Source: Selaginella moellendorffii
Taxonomy: Eukaryota > Plantae > Lycopodiophyta
Assembly: GCF_000143415.4 (NCBI RefSeq)
Contig: NW_003314269.1
Span: 869,246 to 933,245 of the forward strand
Length of the DNA: 64,000 nt
Reading direction: 5' to 3'
The notes under the pieces are model-generated. The model was not told the DNA's origin. It searched no databases and saw only the letters and a list, made by a program, of their open reading frames with translations. The first letter of the stretch is position 1. Each line of letters starts with the position of its first letter. Shown in pieces: positions 11,180 to 23,072 of this stretch. The translations under genes and the position numbers were made by a program.

Positions 11180-13037
11180 CTACACGAAGATCACCTCCAG
11201 TTTGGCGCAGGGATTCGCGTCGATGTGATTCACGAGGTCTTCGTCTGTGAACTGCCAGGAGAATAGCGCTTCCCTTTGCGTGAGCCCGACTGGATAAACT
11301 GTGTGGACTTTGAGCGGGCCTTTTGCCTTGAGCATCTCCGGACGCGCAGCATTCCAGATTGGGACGTGGTTTTTGGAGCTGAACTTGGATATGATAGCTG
11401 CCTCGAGAGCAGCCACCGAGAGGTTGTCAGACCTGTTGTAATGAAAGCGAGTAAGTGCTTGGAATGTAAAGAAGTCGAAGTCGCGACCAAGTGTACCTTA
11501 AGAAGATGGATTCCAGGTGAAATCTTCCTCTCTCTCGGACATAAAGATGGAACGTCGTCGTGGAGCCGACGCTGCATTTACAAGGTCGGGACGCATTGCG
11601 ACTACGAAACGCTTCTTGTTCCTGCTTCTGGTGGATAGCGGTGGCTACATGAATGCAGAGACGGCATGAAGAGTGAACAGCAGCCATGTCAATCAATGCT
11701 TTGAATGAATCCGTTGGTCCCTCAAACTTCCAGCTGCAAGGCCAACCAACAACCAGGTTAGTCCTCTATTCTCTGTTTTTAAGCGAGCGTGCCTGCGTAC
11801 CGGAGAGTTTCATTGTATGCTGTAGCATTTCTTGCAAGATACTTCATTTGCTTGGCCACTGCTTGCACGTCCTTTATCGACTTAAGATAGAGTATGGAGT
11901 TTGGCGAAGGCGCAAAGTTTTGAATGTTTGGTGCACCAATAACGACCGGAACGGAGCCTGCAGAACTGTCCATGAGCAATCAGTGCAAAACACGGATAAA
12001 CATACCAGCCTCGAGCGATTGCCAGAACTTCTCAGTCACATAATCTTCCTCGTTGGAGTTTTCAAACGCCAAGCTAAACTTGTAGTGGCGCAATGCATCC
12101 ACTTTTTCCACCGCTGCTCTACACAATAAAAGTGTCGGATTAAAAACAGCATCCCAAATACAACGGCAGAACGAGCTACTTACAACGATGGACGTTTGTC
12201 AGACACGATCCATAAGAATCCACAGCAACACCATAGCCTTGGAGTTTGGTGATCGCTTCCAGCCGAAAGTTATGGCCGCCACAATTGGAGATGAAAGCGG
12301 CAGCCAAGGATTTCTCCGTCTTCTCTTGGACTGGAGCCATCAGATCGTACTCTGCCCACGAAAAATACCCGACTGGAACATCTGATTTCAGACTCGTCGT
12401 CATAATGACTGTGTACCCGTGACTGCAAGAACACTCAAAACATTACTCGCGATAACTTGGAATCAAAGACACACAAACCTTCGAGCAGTGTTTAACTCAA
12501 ACTCGGAGTAGTATTGACTAGACTCCATCGTCCGTGCAACACGAGCAACGCCCTCGTCGGCACTGAGACCAAAGACCGCATCCACGCGCTTCCTCGTGGC
12601 CATGGTGATCACCCCAAATTGGCATCTCACCGCGCAATTGTCGGTCCCCTGGAAGAATACGACCCCCAGAGATCATCGCCAGTAACTCGAGTAGAGCCCG
12701 AAATATCACTTACCTGTGTCTCGGAGAAATCGACGCGCACTGGTTCCTTGTCGAAATCGCGCAAAGTACTCACCCGGTCCTGATCCTCGAGCCAATCCTC
12801 GCAGCGATCCCTGGAGCCGGAAATCCTCCTCTCCGTGAAGCGCAGCGCGCTCCTCGCATTCCCCAGCAGATCGACGCGGAGGAGCATCACAGTCTCGCCG
12901 ACCACGAGGAGGATCGCAATCGCCACCAGCAGCCGCCACAGCGCGCCCGCGCGCCTGCTCACGCCGCCGCCGCCAGCAGCGCCGCCGGGAGATGCCGTGC
13001 CGCCGCCACCAGCGGCGGCATTGTTCCTGCTCGCCAT
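11180..13037 (-). CDS. FUT11: Glycoprotein core alpha-1,3-fucosyltransferase (GT10, FucTA/B-like)
   Basis: Type II TM N-terminus, [72 protein letters not shown]-terminal [10 protein letters not shown]. Confidence 0.93.
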
Positions 13038-13368
13038 GGGCGGAGTGAAGCTACTACTACTTTCAACCTATTTTTTGGACCTTTCATCGACGGCCACGAT
13101 CGACACTCCCGTTAGTCATGAGAGATCTTTGAAATCCTTGTGAAAGAGAAGTATTGAAGGCGACACACACATTAGTTAGCTCTATAGATTCTCGATCGAA
13201 AGAAAAGCAAGCTTTTTAACATCGCTTTTTCTTCTCTTCCTTCTCTTTTCCTGGCTAGATCGCTCCAAAAGTAGCGAGCGACCTCCCTGGATTTTTATTC
13301 CACTACGATCGAACTTTTACGTGATCCAGCCGAGCTCCGCCAGAGAGTGAGGGAGGAACTTCTCTCGA

Positions 13369-15005
13369 TCAATGGAAAGAGTAGAAGCTCTGATCCAGAC
13401 GAGCTTTCGCCACTGCTCGCAACGGAGTTCTCGGCGGCGTTGTGAGGCCGTAAGCTTCCATAACGTCGATGTCTTCCCTGCTCGTTCCCGGCGGTGGAAA
13501 CCAGTCGAAGCCGTGAAGAAGTCGTCCCAGGCCGAGGAGGAGCATCGACTGCCCGAGCTGCGCACCGGGGCACGCGCGCTTGCCGGAGCCAAATGGAATG
13601 ACGCGGTACTCGGAGTCGCGGAGGTGGACTTTGTCCTCGGGCCTGAGGAACCTCTCGGGCCGGAACTCGTCGACGTTGTCCCACACCGCGGCGTTTCTTC
13701 CCAGACCGTGAGTGTTGATGAGGATGAGCGAGCCTTTGGGGACGTGGTAGCCGGCAACTTTGGTGTCCCGGATCGACTCGTGAGGTATGAGGAAGCCGCC
13801 AACCGGGTGAATCCTGAAAGTTTCCTTGACCGCTGCTCTCAGGTAGTCGAGGCTCGCCAGGTCCGACTCTTCCAGCAGGTGCTTGTTGGTGGCCTTCTTT
13901 TGCAGCACCGAGTCTAGCTCCGCCTGCACTTTCCGCATGACTTTCGGGTTCCGGATCATCTCGAGCATAAACCACTCCATAGTGAAGGACGCGGTATCGG
14001 TGCCCCCCACGACCATATCCTGAGAGAAAGCTTTACTGCCTTGTAATACGAAAGAACAAAGAAAAAACTCTTTTTTACCTGTATCAGTGCTTTGATCTCC
14101 ACGTCGTTGAGATGCAGCTCGCTGTTCTCACCAGCCAGGCCGAGAAGAACGTCCACAAAGTCCTTAGGACCGTCGACCACTTCACCATTTCGCTGCCTCT
14201 TCCGGTGCTCCTCGACAATGTAGCTATAGTAGTCGTCCATTCGCTTCCCCATCTTCTTAAACAGGCGCCTGTAACCGTTGGGATCAATCCACTTGAGGAG
14301 AGGTACGTGATCCGGAATGTAGAAAACTCCATGCAGGACAATCGCCGCGTGTATGAGCTCCCGAAAATCGGTGGCCTCCTTCTCACCCATGGACTCGGTT
14401 CCAAAGTACCTCTTTCCAATCAGCATCCTGGTCACCACGTTCATGGTGTAGCCTCCCAAGTGCTCCCTCATGTTGATGGTGTTCCCAGCCTTGGCCTCCT
14501 TGAACATAATCTGTACCAGGTCGCGAGCTTCCTCCGCCCTGCTCTTCTGGAAGCCTTCCATCCTTCGCGTTGTCAGCAAGTGCTCCACGCAAATCCTCCT
14601 CATCAGCTTCCAGTGAGCATCATAAGGAGCCAGCCCGACGTTCTGGTCGTGGTAAGCCATGAGCTTTCCGGCAGTAGTTCTCGGCCGAGACGCGAAAGTT
14701 TCGTCCTGAGTCCACAGCAGCTCCCGGATCATCTGAGGCGAGCTAGCGGTGATGGTCGGAGTGGAGCCAAGCCTGCAGTAGACGAGAGGTCCATACTTTT
14801 GGCACCAGCCAGCCATTGTCCTGTGTGGAAGGGGACCGAGCTGCATTAAGTTCCCGATGATCGGCCAGCCGGGAGGACCTGGCGGCAAATTCCTGTTCTC
14901 TTTTCTTCCCAGCATCACCGATACAACACAGACCAGCGCTGCCGCAACCATGCACGCAGCGTTCCATCCCTGTGCCGAGCTCAGGAAATCCACCACCGTG
15001 CTCAT
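13369..15005 (-). CDS. Cytochrome P450, CYP703 family-like (2 exons)
   Basis: LPPGPPGWPIIGNL..LMRRICVEHLLTTRR, DFVDVLL..EIKALIQ|DM (intron 14020-14078), KETFRIHP, INTHGLGRN, FRPERF and heme motif FGSGKRACPG. The pattern matches CYP703. Confidence 0.88.
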
Positions 15006-15861
15006 GACTGACTTGAAAACTCAAAAAAACCGAAGTTACCTCCTTGTTCGCTCGATGACTCGAGTACGTAATGCCCGAAAAATTCTAGCCTCGATCCTCC
15101 ACCATGAGGATGGAGCTTCCCTGCAAGCTGGAACCGCGATTAATAGCAGCAATTGATTTCCAACGAACTGACTGCCTGGGAAATTTATAAGCATTGAAAG
15201 ACTTAGCTGCTGGACGGAGGACGGCGAAAAGAGTGTGACTGGGCCGCAAGAGCGTGTCGCATTATGCCCATGGCGCTGACTTAAAGCTAATGGCAAAAGC
15301 CAAAGGGCCTGGAGAAAGAAACACGAGAGAAAGAAACGATGGATTAGCTCAACTGTAAGTCCAAAGTCCATGGCATCGCATCGCGCACACAAATTTGGCG
15401 CTGGAAAACGAGGGCGGCATCACCGGCAGCGCACTTGCGAGGACCAAATCTTTTTACACAAATTTGCACACACACTGGAAGTATGAGCGCTTACCCCTGC
15501 ACTTGATCTGTACATTTGATCGCCGCGAGCGATCGTGCTTCCGTGGATTTTGGAGCCGCGCCAAGAAAATCCTTTGGTCATCGCAGAGATTCGCGTTCTC
15601 CAGCATTAGGGCAAGCTGGAGCTGTCGATCGTCGATTACACCGACGGACGAGATGGAACTACCCGTTGGAAAGTGCCCTAACACGTGGCATTGTGGCATT
15701 CGCTAGACGACCGTTTCCCGCTTAGAATTCGGGCGTCTATCGATCAGGGTTTTCTTCGAGCGGCAATCGTCTTCCAGGGTCCTCTCTCTCTTCTCTCTCT
15801 CGCTCGATCGATTCTTCTCGCGGTTTTGTAAATCCCTTGCGTCGGTGCCAGGATCGAGAGA

Positions 15862-16266
15862 ATGGGGGGCCAGACGACCGAAATCTACTACTCCGAGCGC
15901 TACAACGACGATGTCTACGAGTACAGGTAACCCTAGCGCTTCTTCCATTCCAGGATCGCGCCATGCTCTCTTTCCAGGCACGTAGTGCTCCCTCCAGACA
16001 TCGCAAAGAATCTCCCGAAAAACAAACTCCTGACAGAGGTGTGCAACCACCGTGATCGATCCATTCCTTATTCAAGCTTTTCGTTGCTTTTCCAGGAGCA
16101 GTGGCGTGCTCTTGGCGTCCAGCAATCCCGGGGATGGGTACATTACGCCATCCACAGGCCCGAGCCTCACATCATGCTCTTCAAGAGGCCTCTCGATCTC
16201 CAGCAAAACCAGAACCTCCAGCAGCAGCAGCAGCTGCCACGAATCAACAAGCTCCGAGCAGGATAA
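15862..16266 (+). CDS. CKS1: Cyclin-dependent kinase regulatory subunit
   Basis: [15 protein letters not shown]|[20 protein letters not shown]|[33 protein letters not shown] with a Gln-rich tail. Introns ~15927-15977 and ~16039-16095. Confidence 0.95.
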
Positions 16267-16555
16267 AAGTCGTAAGAAAGTTTCTTTTTCCAAGACTTCC
16301 AAGTCGAATTTTTCCCGTTTTGTTTTGGGTTTTCTAGATCAAGATGGAACTGTTCCTCTCGTTCCTATGACAACTATGACGCTACTCAAGAATAAGATGA
16401 AGCGAAGTGGTTCTCTACTACCTTCAAGCACGTTAGCTGGTTCTTCAATCATGTTAGCTGGTTCTTCAAGCATGCAGAAGCTAGTTCTTAACAAGCTCTA
16501 CTAATATTATTACTTCCACGCAGATAAGTCATATAAGACTCAGGACTTCACACAT

Positions 16556-17433
16556 CTAATCCACCTTGACAAGACGCATGTACTTCTTCCCGGAAGGAAG
16601 ATCGACCGTCTTGTATCCCTGGGGGAACATCTTCTTGGCCTCCTCGTCGGATACCGAGGGGGAGATGACGACGTGATCGCCGGGCTTCCAGTTAACGGGG
16701 CAGGCAATCTTGTGCTTGGAGGAGAGCTGCAGCGCATCCAGCACGCGGATCACCTCGTCAAAGTTGCGTCCGACCGAGGCAGGATACATGAAGCTCACCC
16801 TGATCTGCAAGAGAGAGAAGAGACAACGCATGAAACGAAGAGGATGAGAAGCGAAAGCATGCAAAGGATCCTACCCGACAGTCAGGACCGACGATGTGAA
16901 GAGCCCTCGAAGCAACCGGCTGCCCCGACGAATCTTTCTCGTCCGGATCGAGCATATTGAGCTTCCTGGAGATCTCCCGGGTCGGATCGGCCATGATGGG
17001 GTACTTGACGCATGCTCCAGTCTAGTTCCCGGATTCACAGAGAAAACAGATGGAAGGTATAGGTATAAGATCACTGCACTGCAGCGAGAGATGGAAGACG
17101 CGCACCGTGTAAGCTTCGACATCCTTGGTCCAGGCCTTGTGCTCCTCGACGGTATCACAGGAGAGGCCCAGCAGCTTGGCTCCTCGCTTCTCGATCTCGG
17201 GCTGGTACTTGGCGACGCTCCCGAGCTCGGTGGTGCAAACCGGAGTGAAGTCAGCTGAAAGAAGGGGAAGCAAAATGCCTCTTTTTTTGCCTTCTTGGAA
17301 CAAGAACGTTCTTACCGGGATGAGAGAAGACGAGCGTCCAGTTGTTCTTGCAAAACTCGTGAAGATTTATGGGGCCGTGAGTAGAGTCGGCGTGGATGTC
17401 CGGAATCTCATCTCCAATCGAAATGCCTGGCAT
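16556..17433 (-). CDS. PER1: 1-Cys peroxiredoxin (rehydrin)
   Basis: [73 protein letters not shown]. Confidence 0.95.
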
Positions 17434-17530
17434 CTTGTCTCTAGCTTATGCTGCTCTCTCGCGATTATCAAGCCAACAAAACAAACTCCAAAACCCAAAT
17501 TTCCTTGAGAAAGCTTTTGTTCTTGTAAGC

Positions 17531-17598
17531 ATATATAAGATGCTACTTGGCCGACACCTTTCCTGTTCCATGCACTCAATCACCGTAAGCCACGTGGC
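17531..17598 (-). promoter_or_regulatory. PER1 promoter: TATA, CCGAC (DRE-like), RY core CATGCA and G-box/ABRE GCCACGTGGC
   Basis: TATA-like at ~17531-17537, GCCGAC 17550-17555, CATGCA 17569-17574, perfect palindrome GCCACGTGGC 17589-17598. Confidence 0.65.
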
Positions 17599-18676
17599 CT
17601 ACATTAACTTTCTTAGGTACTAATTTAGTTTGTAATAATTATATATAAAGGTGGACTAAGTTTTTCAATTTCTCTAGTATTTTTATTGTATGTTTGAGAA
17701 AGCATGTTTGAGAAAACCTAATGCACTATTAATTTTTTTTATGACATAAATTTTTTTTGTAGTCTTAAGATGAATAAATATCAATTTTCTTTTGAATACT
17801 TTAAATATTTTCTACTTAAATTTTTAAAAAATATTTTTATAAATTTATTAGAAATTCCTCAAAGAAGGATGGCATAAAAACTAGATTATTGATTGTTATT
17901 GAATATATAGGTATTTATTTCATATGTAAAAAAATTATTTTGAATAATGTAATATTATATTCTTACAAATTACTCCAACTTTAAACTTAATTTTCCAAAT
18001 AACAAACATAAAGATTAGATTTAAAATTACTTTTTAACACATAAATTTGGCAGAGTAATGTAGTAGTGCGATAACATTTTTTATTATTTAATAAATATAT
18101 AGTTTTATAATTTTTATTTTATATTATTATATATTTTCAAAAGAAATTACATTATAAGTTAATCTCTCTATTTAATCTTAACCTTTTTTAAAAAATAAAA
18201 AGATTATAATATTATCTTTTACATTTAATTAAATAGTTACAAAATATTCTTTAATAACTTAAAGAAAAAATAGCTAGAATATTCAAAAGCTAATCAATTA
18301 TTCATCAATACCTATTTAAAAATAATCAATAGATATAATTTTAAATAAAATTATCTTTCAAAAGATGACTTAAGTTTGATGATAATTTTGACCAAATTTC
18401 AAATGAAAATTATATAATTATACCACCTAAATCTAGAATTCATTAATAAATTTAATGATAATAATAGCTATGTGAGTGCATGGAATATGGAAAGGGAATA
18501 CAGAAATGTGCATATCAATTAGCCCAAAAACCCTAGCTTATATACAGGAGCGAGTGGTCCGGATTAAAACCAATCCGACGGCTACCAAAATCCATTACGC
18601 TAATATTAGTATACGGCATCGTAGCCATACACTTGGCCCTCACATCATCCCCTCCCCTCGGAATAATGGAAGGCCG

Positions 18677-21600
18677 TCAAGGTTCTCTTGTAGATGGGCC
18701 GGGATCTGGAGGAACGTCAGGAGGAGGCATTGGTGAATCTGTAGACAGTATTAACTGCTCCTGATCCCTTTGTATGAAGCGTTTTAACCGCTGCACATGC
18801 ACAATCTCCGGAGGATTGGCCTGCTGAACGTCATGCCGAACCTCATAAACTTGTGGTCCAACTTGCCGCAACACCCGATACGGTCCTTTCCACTGCGCAA
18901 GGAGCCCCTTAGATAAACCACATACCGTAAGATGGGGAAAACGGACTAACACCAAATCATCCACTTTGTACTCTGCAGGGGGACGATGATGGGAATTGTA
19001 GCGCCGTTGTTGTCCCACTTGTACACGGCCTAAGTGTTCAGCAGACTCTGCTCGGACAAGTGGAAGAATGCTTGTCAAATATTGATCCCATGACCTAGCA
19101 TCAGGAGTTCGTGGCAATCGCGAAGGTAAACCCAGCTCTGTTGGTAATATTGGATCATGACCATATAGAAGTTTATATGGTGAAGCACCAACAGAACTCT
19201 GCACCCCTGTGACATAGGCATACCGAAGAGACGGCAAATAACCATCCCAATCCGAATGTTGAAAGTTCACATACTTCGCAATCATCCCTTTGAATGTCCG
19301 AATGAGCCGTTCCACCAGACCGTCTGATTGTGGATGATAAGCACTCGTAAAAGTGTGGCGTATCCCCAACCGAGATGTCAAAACATGAAATACCTCAGCC
19401 ATAAATGCAGGACCATTATCCGAAAGAATCTGCTCTGGACAAGAATGTTGGAACATCACTCGATTGAGAAGGAAGTATCCAACAGCAGTTGCAAAGGCAC
19501 TAGCAAGAGCACCAACTTCCACCTAACGAGTCAAATAGTCAGAAGCAATAATAACATACTCATTGCCAGCAGTCGATCGCGGAAAAGGTCCCATAAGATC
19601 AAACGCCACCAACTCAAACGGACGAGAAACTGCAATTGACTCCAACCGTCCTTCCGCAGCACAAGGGGGAGTATTACGAGCTTGGCACCAAACGCAGCTA
19701 CGCACATACCAGATAATATCACGTCGCATCTCTGGCCAATAGAAATATCTGCGCAGCTTCTCGGTGACACGACGGTGTCCCATATGCCCACCTAGAATAG
19801 GAGAATCATGGTAGGCATGGAGAAACTGCGGAATAAACACCGAAGGCACCACCAGCCGTAAATGATCAGCAGGATCCGTCCCCACAAAATAAAGAAGGCC
19901 ATCTTCAAGGCGATATTGAGAATGTAAATGCCGAAAAGGCAAGTCATCAGCAAATGATGCAGGATTCTCAAACCCATCTCGAAGCCTTCGAATCCACGGC
20001 TCAATCTTTTGAGCCTCGCGAACCTCATCAAGAGAAGGTAGATCTTGCTCTACGCCCTGTGGACACTGAACGTCAAGGACAGCAACCGCCGACGGCACAG
20101 AATCCTCATCTAGAAAATCCACAGATGCTGGAACAACAGGTTCGTCAGAAACATGAGAAGTGAGTGGAGAAGGAAGAGGAGCTCGAGAAAGGGCATCAGC
20201 ATCAGCCATAGAACTCCCTGGGCGATAAACAACATCGAAATCATATATCTGAAGCTTCAAAGCCCATCGAGCCGTACGACCAACCAGGTTCTTCCGCTTC
20301 AATAATGAAGTAACAGCAGCATGGTCACCTTCAAGTAACGTCCGAGAACCATGTAGATATGCATGAAGTTTCTCGAAACCCCAGACTGCTGCTAAACACT
20401 CCTTCTCCGTCGTGGAGTAGTTCATCTCCACTGGTTGTAATGTACGGCTGATGTATGCAATGGGATGGCGCTGACCAGGCACACTCGAGCTCTCTTGCAT
20501 CAACACACCTCCAAGACCAATGTCAGAAGCATCCACGCGCAAAATAAAAGGTCGAGTGTAGTCAGGATATGCCAAAACCGGAGGAGTCGTCAATAGCTCT
20601 TTGAGATTCACGAACGCCCGCTCACAATTGGGAGACCAGATGAAAGATGACGTTGATGACTTCAGCAACGCTCGCAATGGTGTAGTGCGATCGAAAAGAT
20701 GATCCACAAAACGACCGAGATACTGCACCTTACCCAAAAAGCGCTGCACATCATTCACACACTTTGGAGTAGGGAACTTTAGAACAGCCACAAGTTTGTC
20801 AGGATCAACTTGCAAACCCTCACAAGAAATACGGTACTTAAGATAAGTTGTGTCCTTGGACCCAAACACGCACTTCGACCGCTTTAGCTTTAAACCAACG
20901 TCGCGTAGCCGATCCAACACTTTACAAACATCACGAACATGCTCCTCCCACGTCCCCTCCGAGTGGATCAAAACATCATCAATGAAGTCAGCCGTCACCT
21001 CCGGCATATCGCAAAGAACCTCGTCCATCATCCGTTGTAAAGTTGCTGGAGCATTGTTCAAACCAAACGGCATCACCAAAAACTCGTACAAACCAAATGG
21101 TGTACGAAAAGCAGTCTTAGGAATATCTTCTTCAGCCATCGGTACTTGCCAATACCCAAAAGCAAGATCTAGCTTGGTGAACCAACGACTTCGCCCCAGA
21201 TGATCCAAGAGATCAGCAGTGTGAGGAAGAGGGTACACGTCCGGGATTGTCACTTCATTTAACGGACGATAGTCGATGCAGAAACGAATACTCCCATCAG
21301 GCTTCGTCACAAGATGAGGTTCACATGCCCAAGGACTCCGCGACTTCCGAATAACACCCTTCTCCACATCTCCTTGACGTTTGCACGTAAAATCTTGATC
21401 TCCTTGGGTGACCGACGACGAACAAGAACCTTGATTGGACGAGCATCCCCGGTTGGAATGGGATGACGTGTGGCAATCTTGGCCCCAAACGATAGGTCAA
21501 ATTCAAAGAGATCAGAATACTCCTTCATGAGCTGGTCAATAGCTGCAACACAAAGATCATCGGAGGGATCGGAAAAGGGAAGAGCAGAACAAGATGGAAA

Positions 21601-22164
21601 CACAAGAGGAAATAGTGGGGGAACAAAAGTAATGGAAGCAGAGGTAGAAGTAAAGGGACGAAGAGGTACGGAAGTGAGAGGAATGGATGAAACATAAGGA
21701 AGTATGAGACAAGGGGGAGAAGCTTCAAAGTCACACTTGGCATGATTGTGCTGCAACCAATCCATACCAAGAATGAGGTCAAAAGCTTGACTCGGCACCA
21801 CCCGCAACGACTGCAACTCAAGCTCGAGATCGCCCACACGCACAACCAGGTCCGCCTCATCTCGTGCACATGCATGTGTACGGCCGTTGCCATAAAGAAT
21901 GAAAACTGGATCCGCCACACGACGCAAGTGTAAACGACAACGTGTGGCAACAGGTCGAGCAATAGAAGATAAACTCGAACCTGTATCAACCAACACGGAG
22001 AGAAGAATAGGAGACCTCTTGTTATAAAAACGAGCTTGGAAAGTAAACACTGGATGAACCGGTGCCGAGTGAACCCCTTGATGATACTCCCGAAAGAAAG
22101 ATGGAGGGGTCACTAACTTATTCGCGCAAGGTCCCTCCATTACTCGTGCGACTCCTCGTTTCCC
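18677..22164 (-). pseudogene. Pol (PR-RT-RH-INT) with one 1-bp deletion (~21367) and one TGG>TAG stop (19523-19525)
   Basis: VDTGSS protease, KTAFRTPFGLYEFLVMPFGLNNAP / FIDDVLIHS RT, VDASDIGLGG RNase H, H..GGHMG..CVWC and SDNG..HPQSDGLVER integrase, GPY motif. Confidence 0.92.
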
Positions 22165-23072
22165 GAATGCACCTCGGTATCCAAACCTTCCACCGCAGCA
22201 GCACCAACGGGATGTTGCTGACGCCAAGGTCTCCACCCAGGAAATGGAGGTCGCCAATCCGGAAAGCGCCGACAACGCCGATAAGTATGACCAACTTCAT
22301 CACACGCCCAGCAACGAACGTCACAGCCACGACCACGTCCTCGCCCTTGTCCTTGGACTCGAGTAGCAGCAGCATCAACCTCCATGGGAACAAGACCATC
22401 ACTCATAGGAAGTGGAGCTGAAGGACGTGTAGCAAGAAGTGGAAGAGGCGACGTCTCATAACGTTGTGCCAAGCGAAGAGCATCGTCAAGAGTGGCAGGA
22501 GCAAGTGCATGCACAAGTCCGACAAGATCTTGACGAAGTGCTGGCCACAGCATTCCTAGCTTGATCCGCTCCGACATATTTGGCTCCGCACGAAGCAAAA
22601 GACTTCGGAAACGAATGCCAAATTGCATCACCGACTCAGATGGCCCTTGGCGAAGACGATGCAATTGTTGGAAGGCATCATCACAATCGTCGGCATGTCC
22701 GAAGGCGCGCTTGAAGACGTCCGGAAGAACACTCCAATCGCCACGAGTAGCTGCGCTCAATCCATTGTACCACTGCAATGCCGTCCCTTGGAGACATGTG
22801 GGGAACTCACGCAAACGTCGAGCATCATCCCAAGAATTATATGTGGCAATCACCGTGAAGTGATCGAACCAATGGTACACATCATCCCCAGGATTCCCAC
22901 GAAAGAACTCTGGCCGAATGCGAGGATTGGCACCAAAAGCAGAAGGAGTTGTACCATGTGCCGTGAACGCCGCCATCAACTGAGTTTGGTTGTTCAATTG
23001 CAAGCGCATAGCATCAAGCAATTGAACCAACTGCTGCTCTAGAGTCAAAGGAGGAGATTGCGGATCGGCCAT
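22140..23072 (-). CDS. Gag of the gypsy element
   Basis: 310-aa ORF with a retrotransposon gag pattern (LQGTALQWY, LRQGPSESVMQF), PMEVD and CCHC knuckle CWACDEVGHTYRRC. Confidence 0.9.
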   Translation of the reverse strand: MADPQSPPLTLEQQLVQLLDAMRLQLNNQTQLMAAFTAHGTTPSAFGANPRIRPEFFRGNPGDDVYHWFDHFTVIATYNSWDDARRLREFPTCLQGTALQWYNGLSAATRGDWSVLPDVFKRAFGHADDCDDAFQQLHRLRQGPSESVMQFGIRFRSLLLRAEPNMSERIKLGMLWPALRQDLVGLVHALAPATLDDALRLAQRYETSPLPLLATRPSAPLPMSDGLVPMEVDAAATRVQGQGRGRGRGCDVRCWACDEVGHTYRRCRRFPDWRPPFPGWRPWRQQHPVGAAAVEGLDTEVHSGNEESHE

